This document shows, piece after piece, positions 11,391-22,711 of a DNA stretch of 64,000 nucleotides (position 1 is the stretch's first letter; each line of letters opens with the position of its first letter). The translations under genes and the position numbers were made by a program. The notes below the pieces were generated by a model. That model made no database searches and was not told the origin of the DNA. It saw nothing but the letters and a program-made list of their open reading frames with translations. The stretch comes from an uncultured Actinomycetota bacterium (GTDB taxonomy: Bacteria > Actinomycetota > Actinomycetes > Propionibacteriales > Propionibacteriaceae), in assembly GCA_963832435.1 (NCBI GenBank), contig CAWHTY010000022.1, positions 22,312-86,311 of the forward strand, given 5' to 3'.

Positions 11391-12054
11391 GTGACCGACA
11401 CCGACCAGACTGACCCGACCCCTGCCCAGGTCACCGAAGGGCCTGACGTCACCGACGGGCCTGACGCCACCGCCGCCCCCGACGTCACCCCCGAGAGTGA
11501 TGCGGACCTGACCAGGGACGACGGGGGCGTCCACCGGGGCATCCACCGAGGCATCCGACGAGGATCGCGCCGCGACCCCAGCGGCGTCGGCCGAGCCGGC
11601 TGAGAACCCCTTGGAGGCCGAGGCGGAGATCGCCGCCGACTACCTCGAGGAGCTGTTGGACATCGCCGACCTGGACGGTGACATCGACACCTACATCGAG
11701 GGTGACCGCGCCCACGTGTCCGTGGTCAGCGACTCCCAGGTGCTGGTGGGCAGCAACGGCGAGGTCCTGGACGCGCTGCAGGAGCTGACCCGCCTCGCCG
11801 TGATGACCGAGACCGGCGACCGCAGCCGGCTGATGCTCGACGTCGCCGGCTTCCGGGAGCGCCGCCGGACCGAGCTGGCGGCCCTGGCCGCCGACGCGGT
11901 GGCCGAGGTGAAGAGCTCCAACCAGCGGGTGTCGCTGGCGGCCATGAACCCGTTCGAGCGCAAGATCGTGCATGACGCGGTGGCGGCGGCCGGTCTGACC
12001 AGCGAGTCCGAGGGCGAGGAACCGCGGCGGCACGTTGTCGTGCTCCCTGTCTGA
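11391..12054 (+). CDS. jag: Jag/EloR (KhpB) RNA-binding protein, KH+R3H; frameshift in the low-complexity N-terminus
   Basis: EAEIAADYLEELLDIADLDGDID, GEVLDALQELTRL, MNPFERKIVHD (R3H); acidic N-terminus from GTG 11391 (AGGAG RBS) is out of frame with 11611-12054. Confidence 0.88.
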
Positions 12055-12059
12055 TCCCG

Positions 12060-12659
12060 GTGAACGGGACGGCAGACCAGATCGGGGCACTTCAGGTATT
12101 TGTCGACTTATTGACATCTGTGGGAGTGGAGCGCGGTCTCATCGGGCCGCACGAGCGCGATCGCATCTGGAGCCGGCACATCGACAACAGCCTCGCGCTG
12201 GAGGGGCTGTTGCCCGAGGGATCCTCGGTCGTCGACGTCGGGTCGGGTGCCGGACTTCCCGGCGTGCCGCTCGCCATCGCGCGCCCCGACCTGCGGGTGA
12301 CGCTGCTCGAGCCGCTGCTGCGGCGAGCGACCTTCCTGTCCGAAGCGGTGACCGCCCTGGCGCTCGAGGACCGGGTGCAGGTCGTGCGGGCTCGGGCCGA
12401 GGATCATCGCCGCACGTATGACGTCGTCGTGGCCCGCGCGGTGGCCCCCCTCGGCCGCCTGCTCGGGTGGTGTGAGCCGCTCCTCGCCCCCGACGGCGTG
12501 CTGCTGGCCCTGAAGGGTCAGACGGCGGAGGCCGAGATCCGCGGCAGTAGCCGCGAGCTGGCCCGCGCCAGGCTGCGCGCCGACGTGCTGGAGGCGCAGG
12601 CCCACGCCGGCGCTGAGCCCACCCGGGTCATCCGCGTCCGCCGCGCCGGCCGTAGCTGA
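12060..12659 (+). CDS. rsmG: 16S rRNA m7G527 methyltransferase
   Basis: RGLIGPHE..RIWSRHI, VVDVGSGAGLPG, VARAVAPL, LALKG. Confidence 0.95.
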   Translation: MNGTADQIGALQVFVDLLTSVGVERGLIGPHERDRIWSRHIDNSLALEGLLPEGSSVVDVGSGAGLPGVPLAIARPDLRVTLLEPLLRRATFLSEAVTALALEDRVQVVRARAEDHRRTYDVVVARAVAPLGRLLGWCEPLLAPDGVLLALKGQTAEAEIRGSSRELARARLRADVLEAQAHAGAEPTRVIRVRRAGRS

Positions 12660-12779
12660 ACGTCCCCGGTCTGGGCGGGGCAAGCCGATGCCCGGCCGCC
12701 GCGCGTCCAGCGAGGTCGGCGGGCCTGTGTTGGGTAGCGTTCTGATCGCAGGTCCACAGGTACACGCTGAGGAGAGTGG

Positions 12780-14192
12780 ATGAGCCAGAGCCCCGCCGGC
12801 GGAGGGATCACCCGGGGTCTCGGGTGGCCACGAGCCGTCCGTGAGCAGGCTCGCCGCCTGGGCTGGCCGCGCGTTTCACGTGAAACCGAGCCCGAGCCGG
12901 ACCTATCGACGACTCCCCAGGCCGCCCCCGAGCCAGCCGCCCCCGCCGTCGCGCCCGAGGGCCCGGGCGAGGCCGACCCGGTTCGACCCGAGCGTCACCT
13001 CCAGGCCGTGGCCAGCCCCCCGGAGGACCCCAGCACCCGCGCTATCCACAGCGAGCCGGAACCGACGGCGCCGGGACTGAAGCCGGAGGCGGCGGGGCTC
13101 CCGGCTCTGATCGCCGACCACGGGTCGATGCCGACCGACGCGCCCGCCAGCGCACCGCCCGTCGCCGCAGCCGATCGGAGTCTGGAGGTGCCCGTCGCGG
13201 ACCTGCGCCCGGAGATCCGGTCCCATGCGGCTAAGGTCCGCGGCCCGGGACCACGACGTGCACGTTTCGACCGTGACGAGTTCGACCACGGTGACACCGA
13301 CCACGAGGGCGAGGTCACGGCCGCCGGGCTGCAGTCCGGGACGCCGTCGGCGGCGGCCGTTTCACGTGGAACCATGCCCTCGCCGGTCAGCTACCCGGCC
13401 CCGCCAAGCACGCGGATCTTCGTGGTAGCGAACCAGAAGGGCGGCGTGGGGAAGACCACCACGGCTGTCAATCTCGCTGCCGGGCTGGCCCTCGGCGGCT
13501 TGAAAGTGCTCGTGGTCGACCTCGATCCGCAGGGGAACGCGACCACCGCCCTGGGTGTGGACCATCCACCGGGCACCCCCGGCACGTACGAGGTGTTGAT
13601 CGGCGGCGACGCGATGGCCGGCCACGTCCAAGACTCCCCCGAGGCACCGCAGCTCCGGGTCCTGCCGGCCACCATCGACCTGGCCGCGGCCGAGATCGCC
13701 CTGGTGTCCACCGTGGCCCGGGAGAACCGGCTGCTGCGCACCCTCCGCGCGTATCTCGCCGAGCATCCCACCGACTACGTGTTCCTGGACTGCCCGCCCT
13801 CCCTCGGGCTGCTCACGCTGAACGCCCTGGTCGCCGCCACCGAGATCCTCATCCCCATCCAGTGCGAGTACTACGCCCTGGAAGGCGTCTCGCAGCTCAT
13901 GAACACCATCAACCTGGTCAAGGGAGAGCTCAACGACACGCTGGAGGTGAGCACCGTGCTGCTCACCATGTACGACGCGCGGACCAAGCTCGCGGCCCAA
14001 GTGGCCGACGAGGTACGCACCCACTTCGCCGCACAGACGCTGCCCACGGTGATCCCCCGCTCCGTGCGGATCTCCGAGGCACCCAGCTACGGCCGCAGCG
14101 TGCTCACCTACCACCCCGACTCCGCCGGTGCAGTCTCGTACCTGGCGGCCGCCCGAGAGATCGCCCGCCGAGGCGCCGAGGAGCCCGCATGA
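12780..14192 (+). CDS. parA: Chromosome partitioning ATPase ParA (start uncertain; core from about 13374)
   Basis: VANQKGGVGKTTTAVN, VDLDPQGNA, FLDCPPSLGLLTLNAL, PIQCEYYALEG, IPRSVRISEAPSYG. Confidence 0.93.
   Translation: MSQSPAGGGITRGLGWPRAVREQARRLGWPRVSRETEPEPDLSTTPQAAPEPAAPAVAPEGPGEADPVRPERHLQAVASPPEDPSTRAIHSEPEPTAPGLKPEAAGLPALIADHGSMPTDAPASAPPVAAADRSLEVPVADLRPEIRSHAAKVRGPGPRRARFDRDEFDHGDTDHEGEVTAAGLQSGTPSAAAVSRGTMPSPVSYPAPPSTRIFVVANQKGGVGKTTTAVNLAAGLALGGLKVLVVDLDPQGNATTALGVDHPPGTPGTYEVLIGGDAMAGHVQDSPEAPQLRVLPATIDLAAAEIALVSTVARENRLLRTLRAYLAEHPTDYVFLDCPPSLGLLTLNALVAATEILIPIQCEYYALEGVSQLMNTINLVKGELNDTLEVSTVLLTMYDARTKLAAQVADEVRTHFAAQTLPTVIPRSVRISEAPSYGRSVLTYHPDSAGAVSYLAAAREIARRGAEEPA
12873..12886. 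promoter_or_regulatory. parS: parS site (perfect palindrome)
   Basis: GTTTCACGTGAAAC. Confidence 0.93.
13359..13372. promoter_or_regulatory. parS: parS site (one mismatch)
   Basis: GTTTCACGTGGAAC. Confidence 0.85.
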
Positions 14193-15151
14193 GCCTCAAC
14201 ACCGAACGTCGCGTCGGCCTCGGCCGGGGTCTCGGTGAGCTGTTCCAGCGCACCGAGCCGGTACCGCCGCGCACCGTGGACGAGCCCGGCACCGACCCGG
14301 GTCCGATCCTCACCGATACGTCGGCGGCGGGGCGGCCGACGGCCGACGAGCCGATGCCGGCCGGCTCGTACTTCGCCGAGATCCCGGTGTCGGCCATCAG
14401 CCCGAACCCGCGACAGCCACGGTCGGTGTTCGACGAGGACGCCATGGCCGAGCTGGTGGCCTCCATCCAGGAGGTGGGGCTGCTGCAGCCGGTGGTTGTC
14501 CGTCCGCTGGGTGAGGACCGTTTCGAGCTGGTGATGGGGGAGCGCCGGTGGCGGGCCACCCAGGAGGCGGGCCAGACCGCCATCCCGGCCATCGTCCGGG
14601 AGACCGAGGAGCACGACCTGCTCCGCGACGCCCTGCTCGAGAACCTGCATCGGGCGCAGCTGAACCCGCTCGAGGAGGCCGCCGCCTATCAGCAGATGCT
14701 GGAGGACTTCGGCTGCACCCAGGATGAGCTGGCCACCCGGATCAAGCGGTCCCGGCCCCAGATCTCGAACACCATCCGGCTGTTGCGGCTGCCGCCGACG
14801 GTGCAACGGCGGGTGGCGGCCGGAGTGCTCAGCGCGGGACATGCCCGGGCGCTGCTGGCGGTGCCGGACCAGGCGGCACAGGAGAGGCTCGCCCAGCGGA
14901 TCACGGCCGAAGGACTATCGGTTCGTGCCACGGAGGAGATCGTGGCGGTCGGCGAGCTGGGCACCGAGGCGACGGTGCGGGAGCCGCGCAGGACGGCGGT
15001 GGCCAGCGCGAGCGACCAGGAGCTGGCCGCGCAGCTGGCCGACCGGCTCGAGACCCGGGTCCAGGTGGTGACTGGCCGACGCCGGGGGCGGATCGTGATC
15101 GAGTTCGCCGACGCCGACGACCTAACGAGATTAATAAATAAAATGCTTTAG
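14189..15151 (+). CDS. parB: Chromosome partitioning protein ParB
   Basis: GLGRGLGELF, PNPRQPR, GLLQPVVVR, GERRWRA, ENLHRAQLNPLEEA, LSAGHARALL; ATGA overlap with parA. Confidence 0.97.
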   Translation: MSLNTERRVGLGRGLGELFQRTEPVPPRTVDEPGTDPGPILTDTSAAGRPTADEPMPAGSYFAEIPVSAISPNPRQPRSVFDEDAMAELVASIQEVGLLQPVVVRPLGEDRFELVMGERRWRATQEAGQTAIPAIVRETEEHDLLRDALLENLHRAQLNPLEEAAAYQQMLEDFGCTQDELATRIKRSRPQISNTIRLLRLPPTVQRRVAAGVLSAGHARALLAVPDQAAQERLAQRITAEGLSVRATEEIVAVGELGTEATVREPRRTAVASASDQELAAQLADRLETRVQVVTGRRRGRIVIEFADADDLTRLINKML

Positions 15152-15189
15152 CTTTTTATCGCTTTATCGACAAGCGGCTGGAGCTGTCG

Positions 15190-15606
15190 TCACTCGGCAC
15201 GCAGGTGGCCGGGTCGGAGGTCGGCTACCGGTCCGGGTGAGCGGGACAATGCCTCGGAGCCACCGGTGGCCGCCTGCGCCGCGGTGGCGGCCGAAGCCTC
15301 CTGAGCGGCCAGCTTGGCCCGGACGTCCTTGGTCGCCGACCGCTCGGCGACGAAGGACAGGAACGGCACCGTCCCGGCCAGCGCGATCAGCAGCAGGCGC
15401 GTCCAGCCCCACTTCGCCCGCCGGCCCAGGTCGACGGCCGTGATCAGCAGGATCATGTACAGCCAGCCGTGCGGGATCGCGGTCCAGGTGACGACGTCGG
15501 GGTTGCCGCCCGCATACTTCAACGGGAGCCCCACGAGCACCAGGACGATGAGCAGACAGCCGACCAGGTAGGCCATGATCCGGTAGCGGAGCAACGCGGC
15601 ACGCAT
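15190..15606 (-). CDS. DUF3817-like small membrane protein
   Basis: LLRYRIMAYLVG...PHGWLYMI...LAGTVPFLSFVAER. Confidence 0.8.
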   Translation of the reverse strand: MRAALLRYRIMAYLVGCLLIVLVLVGLPLKYAGGNPDVVTWTAIPHGWLYMILLITAVDLGRRAKWGWTRLLLIALAGTVPFLSFVAERSATKDVRAKLAAQEASAATAAQAATGGSEALSRSPGPVADLRPGHLRAE

Positions 15607-15641
15607 GGGGAGAGCGTACGTGGGCCCGCGGTGGGGCGGCC

Positions 15642-16372
15642 TCAGCGGCCGGGCTGGACCACCGGCTCCTCCACCACGCCGCCCCGTCGGCCGATGTCTC
15701 GGGCGATGTGGCCCGCCATGGCGATCGCGAACGCGGCGAACACCCACCATTGCAGGGCGTACGCCCCGTTACGGAGCCGGCCCCGCGCCTCGGGGAGGAC
15801 GACCGGCACCGGGTCGAGCCCCTGCGCCTGCGCGTCCGCCGGGGCCAGCACGATGTAGCCGTCGACCAGCGGGCCCGGCCAGTCCTGCGCCAGCACCGGA
15901 ATCCGTACGCTGGACAGCCGGCCGCCGGACACGGAGCTGTCCGCGGCGTCCTCGGACGGCAGCAGCAGACCGGTCCCGACCACCGCTCCGCCCGGAGGGT
16001 CCGAAACGGTGGCACCCGAGCCGACCGTGCCGCGAGCGACGGCGACCACCCCGCCGCCGTCCAGCCGGCAGCCGGTCAGCACCCGGTCCACGGTCGGCGA
16101 GCCCGTCAGGGGGACCCGCAGCTGCGTCTCCGGCAGATACCGACAGCTGAAGGCCACCGTCCGGCCGTACCCGTCCAGGACCGGGTCTCCGGGCCGGGCG
16201 ACCGAGGCGAGGTCGACGGCCGGCTCGGCCGCCCGCGCCGCGGAGGCGGCCTGACCCTGCTCCCGGAACACCTGCAGCTGCCACAGCCCGAGCAGCACCA
16301 TCACCGCTGCCAGCGCACAACCGACGACCACCACCGCCAGCTGGCGGAGCCAGGCCGGAACGGCAGGAGATC

Positions 16373-16376
<4 letters not shown>
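15642..16376 (-). CDS. SURF1-family membrane protein
   Basis: MVLLGLWQL, VAVARG, RNGAYALQWWVFAAFA. Confidence 0.8.
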
Positions 16377-17344
<968 letters not shown>

Positions 17345-17396
17345 GCGGATTCCTCTCCTCGGGGTGCCCCCGCGCGAACGGGGGAGGCTGGCGCGG

Positions 17397-18779
17397 TCAC
17401 GCCTGGTTGGCGCCGGGCGCCTCGTCCGGACGCAGCTGCGGCCGGCTCGCGGGATCTCCGAGGGCGCCACCGAAGGTCTCCAGCACCCCGGCCTCGTACT
17501 CCAGCACCTCGCCGAGCCGTCGGGTGCCCTCGATGATGCGGTCCGGGGTGGGGAAGCAGTACGACAGGCGCATGAAGCGGCTGCCGAAGCCGTCGGCGTA
17601 GAAGGCGGTGCCGGGCACGTAAGCGACCCGGGCGGTGACGGCGCGGGGCAGCATCGCCTGGGAGTCCAGGCCCGGCGGCAGGGTCACCCAGACGAAGAAG
17701 CCACCGCCGGGCACGGTCCACGCCGTGCCAGCCGGCATGTGGTCGGCCAGCCCGGCCAGCATCGCGTCCCGGCGCTCCCGGTACATCTCCCGGAACACCT
17801 TGATCTGACCCCGCCAGTCGTGGTTGGTCAGGTACGAGGTGACCGCGAACTGGGAGAACGTCGGCGGGCACAGGGTCGCCGACTCCTGGGCCAGCACCAG
17901 CTTCTCGCGAACGGCGTGCGGGGCGAGCACCCAGCCGACCCGGAACCCGGGGGCGAACGTCTTGGAGAACGAGCCGAGGTAGACCACCCGGTCCGCGTCC
18001 AGGGAGCGGATGGCCGGGGTCGGATCGCCTTCGAAGCCCAGCAGCCCGTACGGGTTGTCCTCCACGACCAGCAGGTCCGCGGTGGCGGCCACCTCGATGA
18101 TCTCGGTCCGGCGGGCCAGCGGCTGGGAGACGCCGGCCGGGTTCTGGAAGTTGGGGATCGTGTACAGGAACTTCGCTCGTTTGCCCGCCTTCTGCACGGC
18201 GGCGATGGCCTCCCGTAACGCGTCGGGGCGGAGCCCGTCGTCGTCCATCGCGACGTGCACCACCTCGCACTGGTACGCCCGGAAGACCCCCAGCGCCCCC
18301 ACGTAGCTCGGCGCCTCGACCAGCACCACGTCGCCGGGGTCGCAGAACAGCCGGGTGACCAGGTCGAGGCCCTGCTGGGAGCCGACCGTGACGGTGACGT
18401 CGTCGGGATGGGCGGAGATGTCCTCCAGCCGCATCACCTCGCAGATCGCCTCCCGCATCGACGGCTCGCCCTGTCCGGAGCCGTACTGCATGGCCTGCCG
18501 GCCGTTGCCGACGACCAGGGTGTTGATGGTCGCCCCGATCGCGTCCAGCGGGAGGTCGGTGATGTTCGGCATGCCGCCGGCGAGCGAGACCACCTCGGGT
18601 CGGTTCGCGACGGCGAAGAGAGCTCGGATGGCCGACGCCGTCATTCCGTGGGTCCGCGCGGCGTACCGATCGACGTAGCTGTCGAGCCGGGTGTCGCGTG
18701 GCCGCAGGCGCTCGAGGCCGGCGGCGGGGCCGGGCTCGGGGGGCGGGACCGCGTCAGTCACGTACCAAGGGTGCCTCAT
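17397..18779 (-). CDS. PLP-dependent aminotransferase class I/II
   Basis: VVSLAGGMP, YTIPNFQNPAG, VEDNPYG, GSFSKTFAPGFRVGW, MRLSY; start may be GTG 18761. Confidence 0.9.
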   Translation of the reverse strand: MRHPWYVTDAVPPPEPGPAAGLERLRPRDTRLDSYVDRYAARTHGMTASAIRALFAVANRPEVVSLAGGMPNITDLPLDAIGATINTLVVGNGRQAMQYGSGQGEPSMREAICEVMRLEDISAHPDDVTVTVGSQQGLDLVTRLFCDPGDVVLVEAPSYVGALGVFRAYQCEVVHVAMDDDGLRPDALREAIAAVQKAGKRAKFLYTIPNFQNPAGVSQPLARRTEIIEVAATADLLVVEDNPYGLLGFEGDPTPAIRSLDADRVVYLGSFSKTFAPGFRVGWVLAPHAVREKLVLAQESATLCPPTFSQFAVTSYLTNHDWRGQIKVFREMYRERRDAMLAGLADHMPAGTAWTVPGGGFFVWVTLPPGLDSQAMLPRAVTARVAYVPGTAFYADGFGSRFMRLSYCFPTPDRIIEGTRRLGEVLEYEAGVLETFGGALGDPASRPQLRPDEAPGANQA

Positions 18780-18879
18780 CGGCGCAGGGATCGCATGCTC
18801 GATCAGCCTTCCTCGACCGGGGTGGCACCGGGCGTCACGCCGGGCCCCGGGTTGCGGTCGGGACGCCTACGATGTGGGC

Positions 18880-19029
18880 ATGGGCTCCGAGGTCACCACG
18901 ACGACCCGTCGGCGGCTTCCGCTGGTCGTGCGGTGGATGCTCTATCTCGGCGCAGCCGCGCTGGGCAGCGTGCTGGTCGGCTTCGTCGTCGGCCTGGCCC
19001 GGCCGCGGGTGAAGGGCCCGAGCGCGTGA
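18880..19029 (+). CDS. Small single-TM protein (49 aa)
   Basis: MGSEVTTTTRRRLPLVVRWMLYLGAAALGSVLVGFVVGLARPR; GTGA overlap with the next gene. Confidence 0.55.
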   Translation: MGSEVTTTTRRRLPLVVRWMLYLGAAALGSVLVGFVVGLARPRVKGPSA

Positions 19030-19685
19030 GCAGTCGGCGGATCCGGCCGCTGACCGCGGCGCAGCTGCCCGAGCTGCCCGACCCGTGTGCGCAGTGCACG
19101 TTCTGGGAGATGAGCCTGGGTGACCTGGCCTCGCCGGGAGAGGCGCACCGCGACGGGACCGAGGTCAAGGCCGAGTGGGCCCGGGCGGTCACCGAGCGGT
19201 GGGGCTACTGCGGGGTGCGGGCCACCGACGACGGCCGCACCATCGGCTACCTGACCATGGCCCCGGCGGCGCTCGTGCCGCGGCTCGGTGCCTTCGCGAC
19301 CACCCCGGTGAGCCCGGACGCGGCGGTCGTCCTGTCGGCCAAGGTGGTGGAGGGCTACCGCGGGGTCGGCCTGGGCCGCCAGCTGGTCCAGGCCGCCGCC
19401 GGCCTCGTGCTGCGCCGCGACATCCGGGCGCTCGAGGCGGTCGGCACCTACCGCGAGGGTCCCTCCTGCCTGTTGCCGGCCGGGTGGTTGGAGGCGGTCG
19501 GTTTCGCGGTGGTGCGCGACCACCCGATCACCCCCCGGCTGCGGATGAACCTGCAGAGCACCGCGCGGTGGAAGCCGGATCTGGGCGCCGCGTGGAGCCG
19601 GCTGACCGATCTGGTCGGCCAGCCGGCGGAGCCACGCGGCGTCAGCTGGCGGGAGACAGCCACCGTACCGGGGCCGAATCCCTAG
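19026..19685 (+). CDS. GNAT-family acetyltransferase (conserved actinobacterial type)
   Basis: LPDPCAQCTFWE, WGYCG, PVSPDA, YRGVGLGRQLVQ, HPITPRLRM. Confidence 0.85.
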   Translation: MSSRRIRPLTAAQLPELPDPCAQCTFWEMSLGDLASPGEAHRDGTEVKAEWARAVTERWGYCGVRATDDGRTIGYLTMAPAALVPRLGAFATTPVSPDAAVVLSAKVVEGYRGVGLGRQLVQAAAGLVLRRDIRALEAVGTYREGPSCLLPAGWLEAVGFAVVRDHPITPRLRMNLQSTARWKPDLGAAWSRLTDLVGQPAEPRGVSWRETATVPGPNP

Positions 19686-19697
19686 CCAGCCAATGCG

Positions 19698-20390
19698 TCA
19701 GCCGCCTGGACCGGGCGAACCCACGGCCGGGGTGTGCGGACGACGGCGGGCGCGGAGCACGGCGTCATGGATGGTCAGCTCGCCCCGGTCGGGCACGGTG
19801 ACGGTCCGGGCCCGGGCCTCCGCGACGAGGACCTCCCAGGTGCCGGGGTCGAGGGTGCCGGCGAGATCCTCGGCGGTGACGAACATGTCCGCGGGGAACC
19901 GACGACCGACGGTCTCCAGGTCGAACGGGTGGTGGGCCACGAACAGCAGGGTGCCGTCCGGGGCCACGGCCTCGGCCAGCCGCCCGAACAGGTCCGCGCG
20001 GGGTTCCGGCGGCAGATGGAAGTACTGGGCGGAGACCAGGTCATACCGTCCGCCCGGCAGGCCGTCGCGGACGTCGGCCCGGACCCAGGTGATCCGTTCG
20101 GCGATCTCCGGGCCGGCGCGGCGTGCGTGCTGCTCGGCCCGCGTCAGCCCGGTCCGCGCGAAGTCGACCGCGGTGACCTGCCAGCCGCGCCGCGCGAGCC
20201 AGATCGCGTCGGCCCCTTCGCCGCAGCCCACATCCATCGCCCGGCCGGGAGTGAGGTCGGCTGCCTCGGCGACCAGCTGGGGGTTGGCGCGTCCACTCCA
20301 CACTGCCTCGGCGGCGCCGTAGCGCTGCTCCCACGCCGGCCGCTCCAGGAACGTCTCCGGCGGGACGTCGTGGGTGTGCTCGGGGCTCAC
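19698..20390 (-). CDS. Class I SAM-dependent methyltransferase
   Basis: WEQRY..VWSGRANPQL, AMDVGCGEGADAIWLA, YDLVSAQYFH. Confidence 0.9.
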   Translation of the reverse strand: MSPEHTHDVPPETFLERPAWEQRYGAAEAVWSGRANPQLVAEAADLTPGRAMDVGCGEGADAIWLARRGWQVTAVDFARTGLTRAEQHARRAGPEIAERITWVRADVRDGLPGGRYDLVSAQYFHLPPEPRADLFGRLAEAVAPDGTLLFVAHHPFDLETVGRRFPADMFVTAEDLAGTLDPGTWEVLVAEARARTVTVPDRGELTIHDAVLRARRRPHTPAVGSPGPGG

Positions 20391-21396
20391 GAGGCCTCGC
20401 TCAGCTCGAGTCGGTACGCGTCCCGTGCCCGGCGAACGTCGTCTTCCACCAGGTCGGCGTTGATCGCGGCGCCGGCCTTGAGCCCGGCCGCGGCGCTGGC
20501 GATCACCTGGGCGCCGAGATCGGTGATGTTGCCGGCCACCCAGACTCCGGGCACAGTGGTCGCCCCGGTGGGATCGGCCGGTACCGCCGACCCGACCACC
20601 TGCTCGCCCATCCGCAGATCCTCGGCCCGCAGCCCCAGGTCGCCCAGGATGTCCGAGCGAGCGGTGAACCGGGGAGCGACGACCAGGGCCTGCAGGGGCA
20701 CCCGCGCCCCGGAGCGGAGCCGGACCGCGGTCAGCCGGTCGGCGGTGACCTCGAGGCGCTCGACCTCGCCCGCCACCACGGTGATGCCCCGGGCCGCCAG
20801 GCGCTCCGCGGTCTCCGGCTCGGGTGCCGGCTGCTGGTGCAGGATCAGGGTCACGTCGGGCGTCAGCTGCCGGAACAGCTGGGCCTGGTGCAGCGACATC
20901 GGTCCACCGGCCAGCACGCCGACCGCCTGGTCGCGGACCTCGTAGCCGTGGCAGTAGGGACAGTGCAGCACGTCCCGGCCCCAGCGCTCGGCCACGCCCG
21001 GGATGTCCGGCAGGTCGTCGCGGAGCCCGGTCGCCACCAGCAGCCGACGCCCCCGGACCGGGGCTCCGCCGTCCAGGTGCACGACGAACCCGCCGTCGGG
21101 CTCGCGGTGGACGCCGCTGATCCGCTGGTCGACGATCTCGCCGCCGTAGCCGACGACCTCGTCCCGGCCGTACGCCAGCAGCTCGGCCGGTGCCGTGCCC
21201 TCCCGGCCCAGGTAGTTGTGGACCTGCCCGGCCGTGGCGTTCCGCGGGCTCGCGTCGTCGACCAGCAGGACCGAGCGGCGGGACCGGGCCAGGGCCACCG
21301 CCGCACTCAGCCCGGCCGGCCCACCCCCGGCCACCACCACGTCGTACGTCTCCTGGGCCGGGGCCCGGGAGGGTCAGTGTCGTCTGTCGTTCGCAT
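20387..21396 (-). CDS. NAD(P)/FAD-dependent oxidoreductase (TrxB-like); one frameshift near 21360
   Basis: YDVVVAGGGPAGLSAA, LLVATG, HCPYCHGYE, PGVWVAGN; ATG 21396 with GAGGAG RBS is out of frame with the body. Confidence 0.85.
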
Positions 21397-21484
21397 CGTC
21401 GTCTCCTCGTTCTCGATGTGAGACGAGCGTGCCTCGCCGGGCCTGACTTGACAAGTCCTGTTGCCATAACAGCAAAATGGGAGG

Positions 21485-22072
21485 GTGGTGGACGAGGACG
21501 AGCTGGATGAGGTCCTGCTGCGGGTCGGGCCGCACCTGCGGGCGTTGCGCCAGGACCGCGGTGCCACACTGGCGCAGCTGTCGGCCGCCAGCGGGATCTC
21601 GGTGAGCACCCTCTCGCGCCTGGAGTCCGGCCAGCGGAAGCCGACGCTGGAGCTGCTGCTGCCGCTCGCGCGCGCCCACCAGGTGCCCCTGGACGAGCTG
21701 GTGGACGCCCCGGCCACCGGGGACCCGCGGGTGCACGCGAAGCCGTTCACCAGCCACGGGATGACCGTGGTCCCGCTCACCCGTCGGCCGGGCGGGCTGC
21801 GGGCCTACAAGCAGATCATCCCGGTGCGGGCCGGCGAGCCGGACCCGCGGACCCACGAGGGCTACGAGTGGATGTACGTGCTCGCCGGGCGGCTGCGGCT
21901 GGTCCTCGGCGACCACGACCTGGAACTGAGCCCCGGCGAGGTGGCCGAGTTCGACACCCGGGTGCCGCACTGGTTCGGCGCGGTCGGCGAGGAGCCCGCC
22001 GAGGTGCTCTGCCTGTACGGGCCGCAGGGTGAGCGGATGCACGTCCGCGCCCGGTCACGACCGCGGCGCTGA
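21485..22072 (+). CDS. XRE-family HTH-cupin transcriptional regulator
   Basis: LRALRQDRGATLAQLSAASGISVSTLSRLESGQRKP, HEGYEWMYVL, FDTRVPHWF. Confidence 0.9.
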   Translation: MVDEDELDEVLLRVGPHLRALRQDRGATLAQLSAASGISVSTLSRLESGQRKPTLELLLPLARAHQVPLDELVDAPATGDPRVHAKPFTSHGMTVVPLTRRPGGLRAYKQIIPVRAGEPDPRTHEGYEWMYVLAGRLRLVLGDHDLELSPGEVAEFDTRVPHWFGAVGEEPAEVLCLYGPQGERMHVRARSRPRR

Positions 22073-22080
22073 ACCGATGC

Positions 22081-22563
22081 TCAGGCGCTCAGGGCCGCCT
22101 CGATGTCGTCGCCGAGCTGCTCGGGCTTCGTGGTCGGGGCGTACCGGCGGATCACCTGTCCGTCCCGGCCGACCAGGAACTTGGTGAAGTTCCACTTGAT
22201 CGCGTCGCCCAGGACGCCGCCCTGCTCCTGACGCAGCCAGGAGAACAGCGGGTGGGCGTCGTCGCCGTTCACCTCGACCTTGCCGAACATCGGGAAGCTG
22301 ACACCGTAGTTGAGCTGGCAGAAGTCGCTGATCTCGTCGTTGCTGCCCGGGTCCTGGTTGCCGAACTGGTTGCACGGGAACCCGAGCACGGCCAGGCCCT
22401 GGTCGCGGTAGCCCTGGTGCAGCTCCTCCAGGCCGGCCAGCTGCGGGGTGAATCCGCAGGCCGACGCGGTGTTGACCACCAGCACGACCCGGTCGGCGTA
22501 GTCGCTGAGCGGCTGCTCGCGGCCGTCGATCGTGGTGGCGGTGAAGTCGGTCAGGCTGGGCAC
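22081..22563 (-). CDS. Glutathione peroxidase family protein
   Basis: VVNTASACGFTPQ, GFPCNQFGNQDPG, IKWNFTKFLV. Confidence 0.93.
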   Translation of the reverse strand: MPSLTDFTATTIDGREQPLSDYADRVVLVVNTASACGFTPQLAGLEELHQGYRDQGLAVLGFPCNQFGNQDPGSNDEISDFCQLNYGVSFPMFGKVEVNGDDAHPLFSWLRQEQGGVLGDAIKWNFTKFLVGRDGQVIRRYAPTTKPEQLGDDIEAALSA

Positions 22564-22711
22564 GAGGATCCTTCCGTAGCGGGGTGCTCACCCCGGACGA
22601 TGCGCACCCCTGCTCAGCGGCGGCCGACGGTCGCCTATTCCGGATGTGCTCGAATCGGCGACCAGGCGATGATGGCCCTGTCGCTCATCCGTCGACCCGA
22701 GAGGTCCCGCC

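Noticed and set aside
11430-11562. 18-bp and 12-bp imperfect repeats before the jag core
   Set aside because: They encode the ordinary acidic low-complexity N-terminus of Jag.
12111-12116. Perfect TTGACA inside rsmG as an internal promoter
   Set aside because: No TANNNT -10 element at 16-18 bp spacing.
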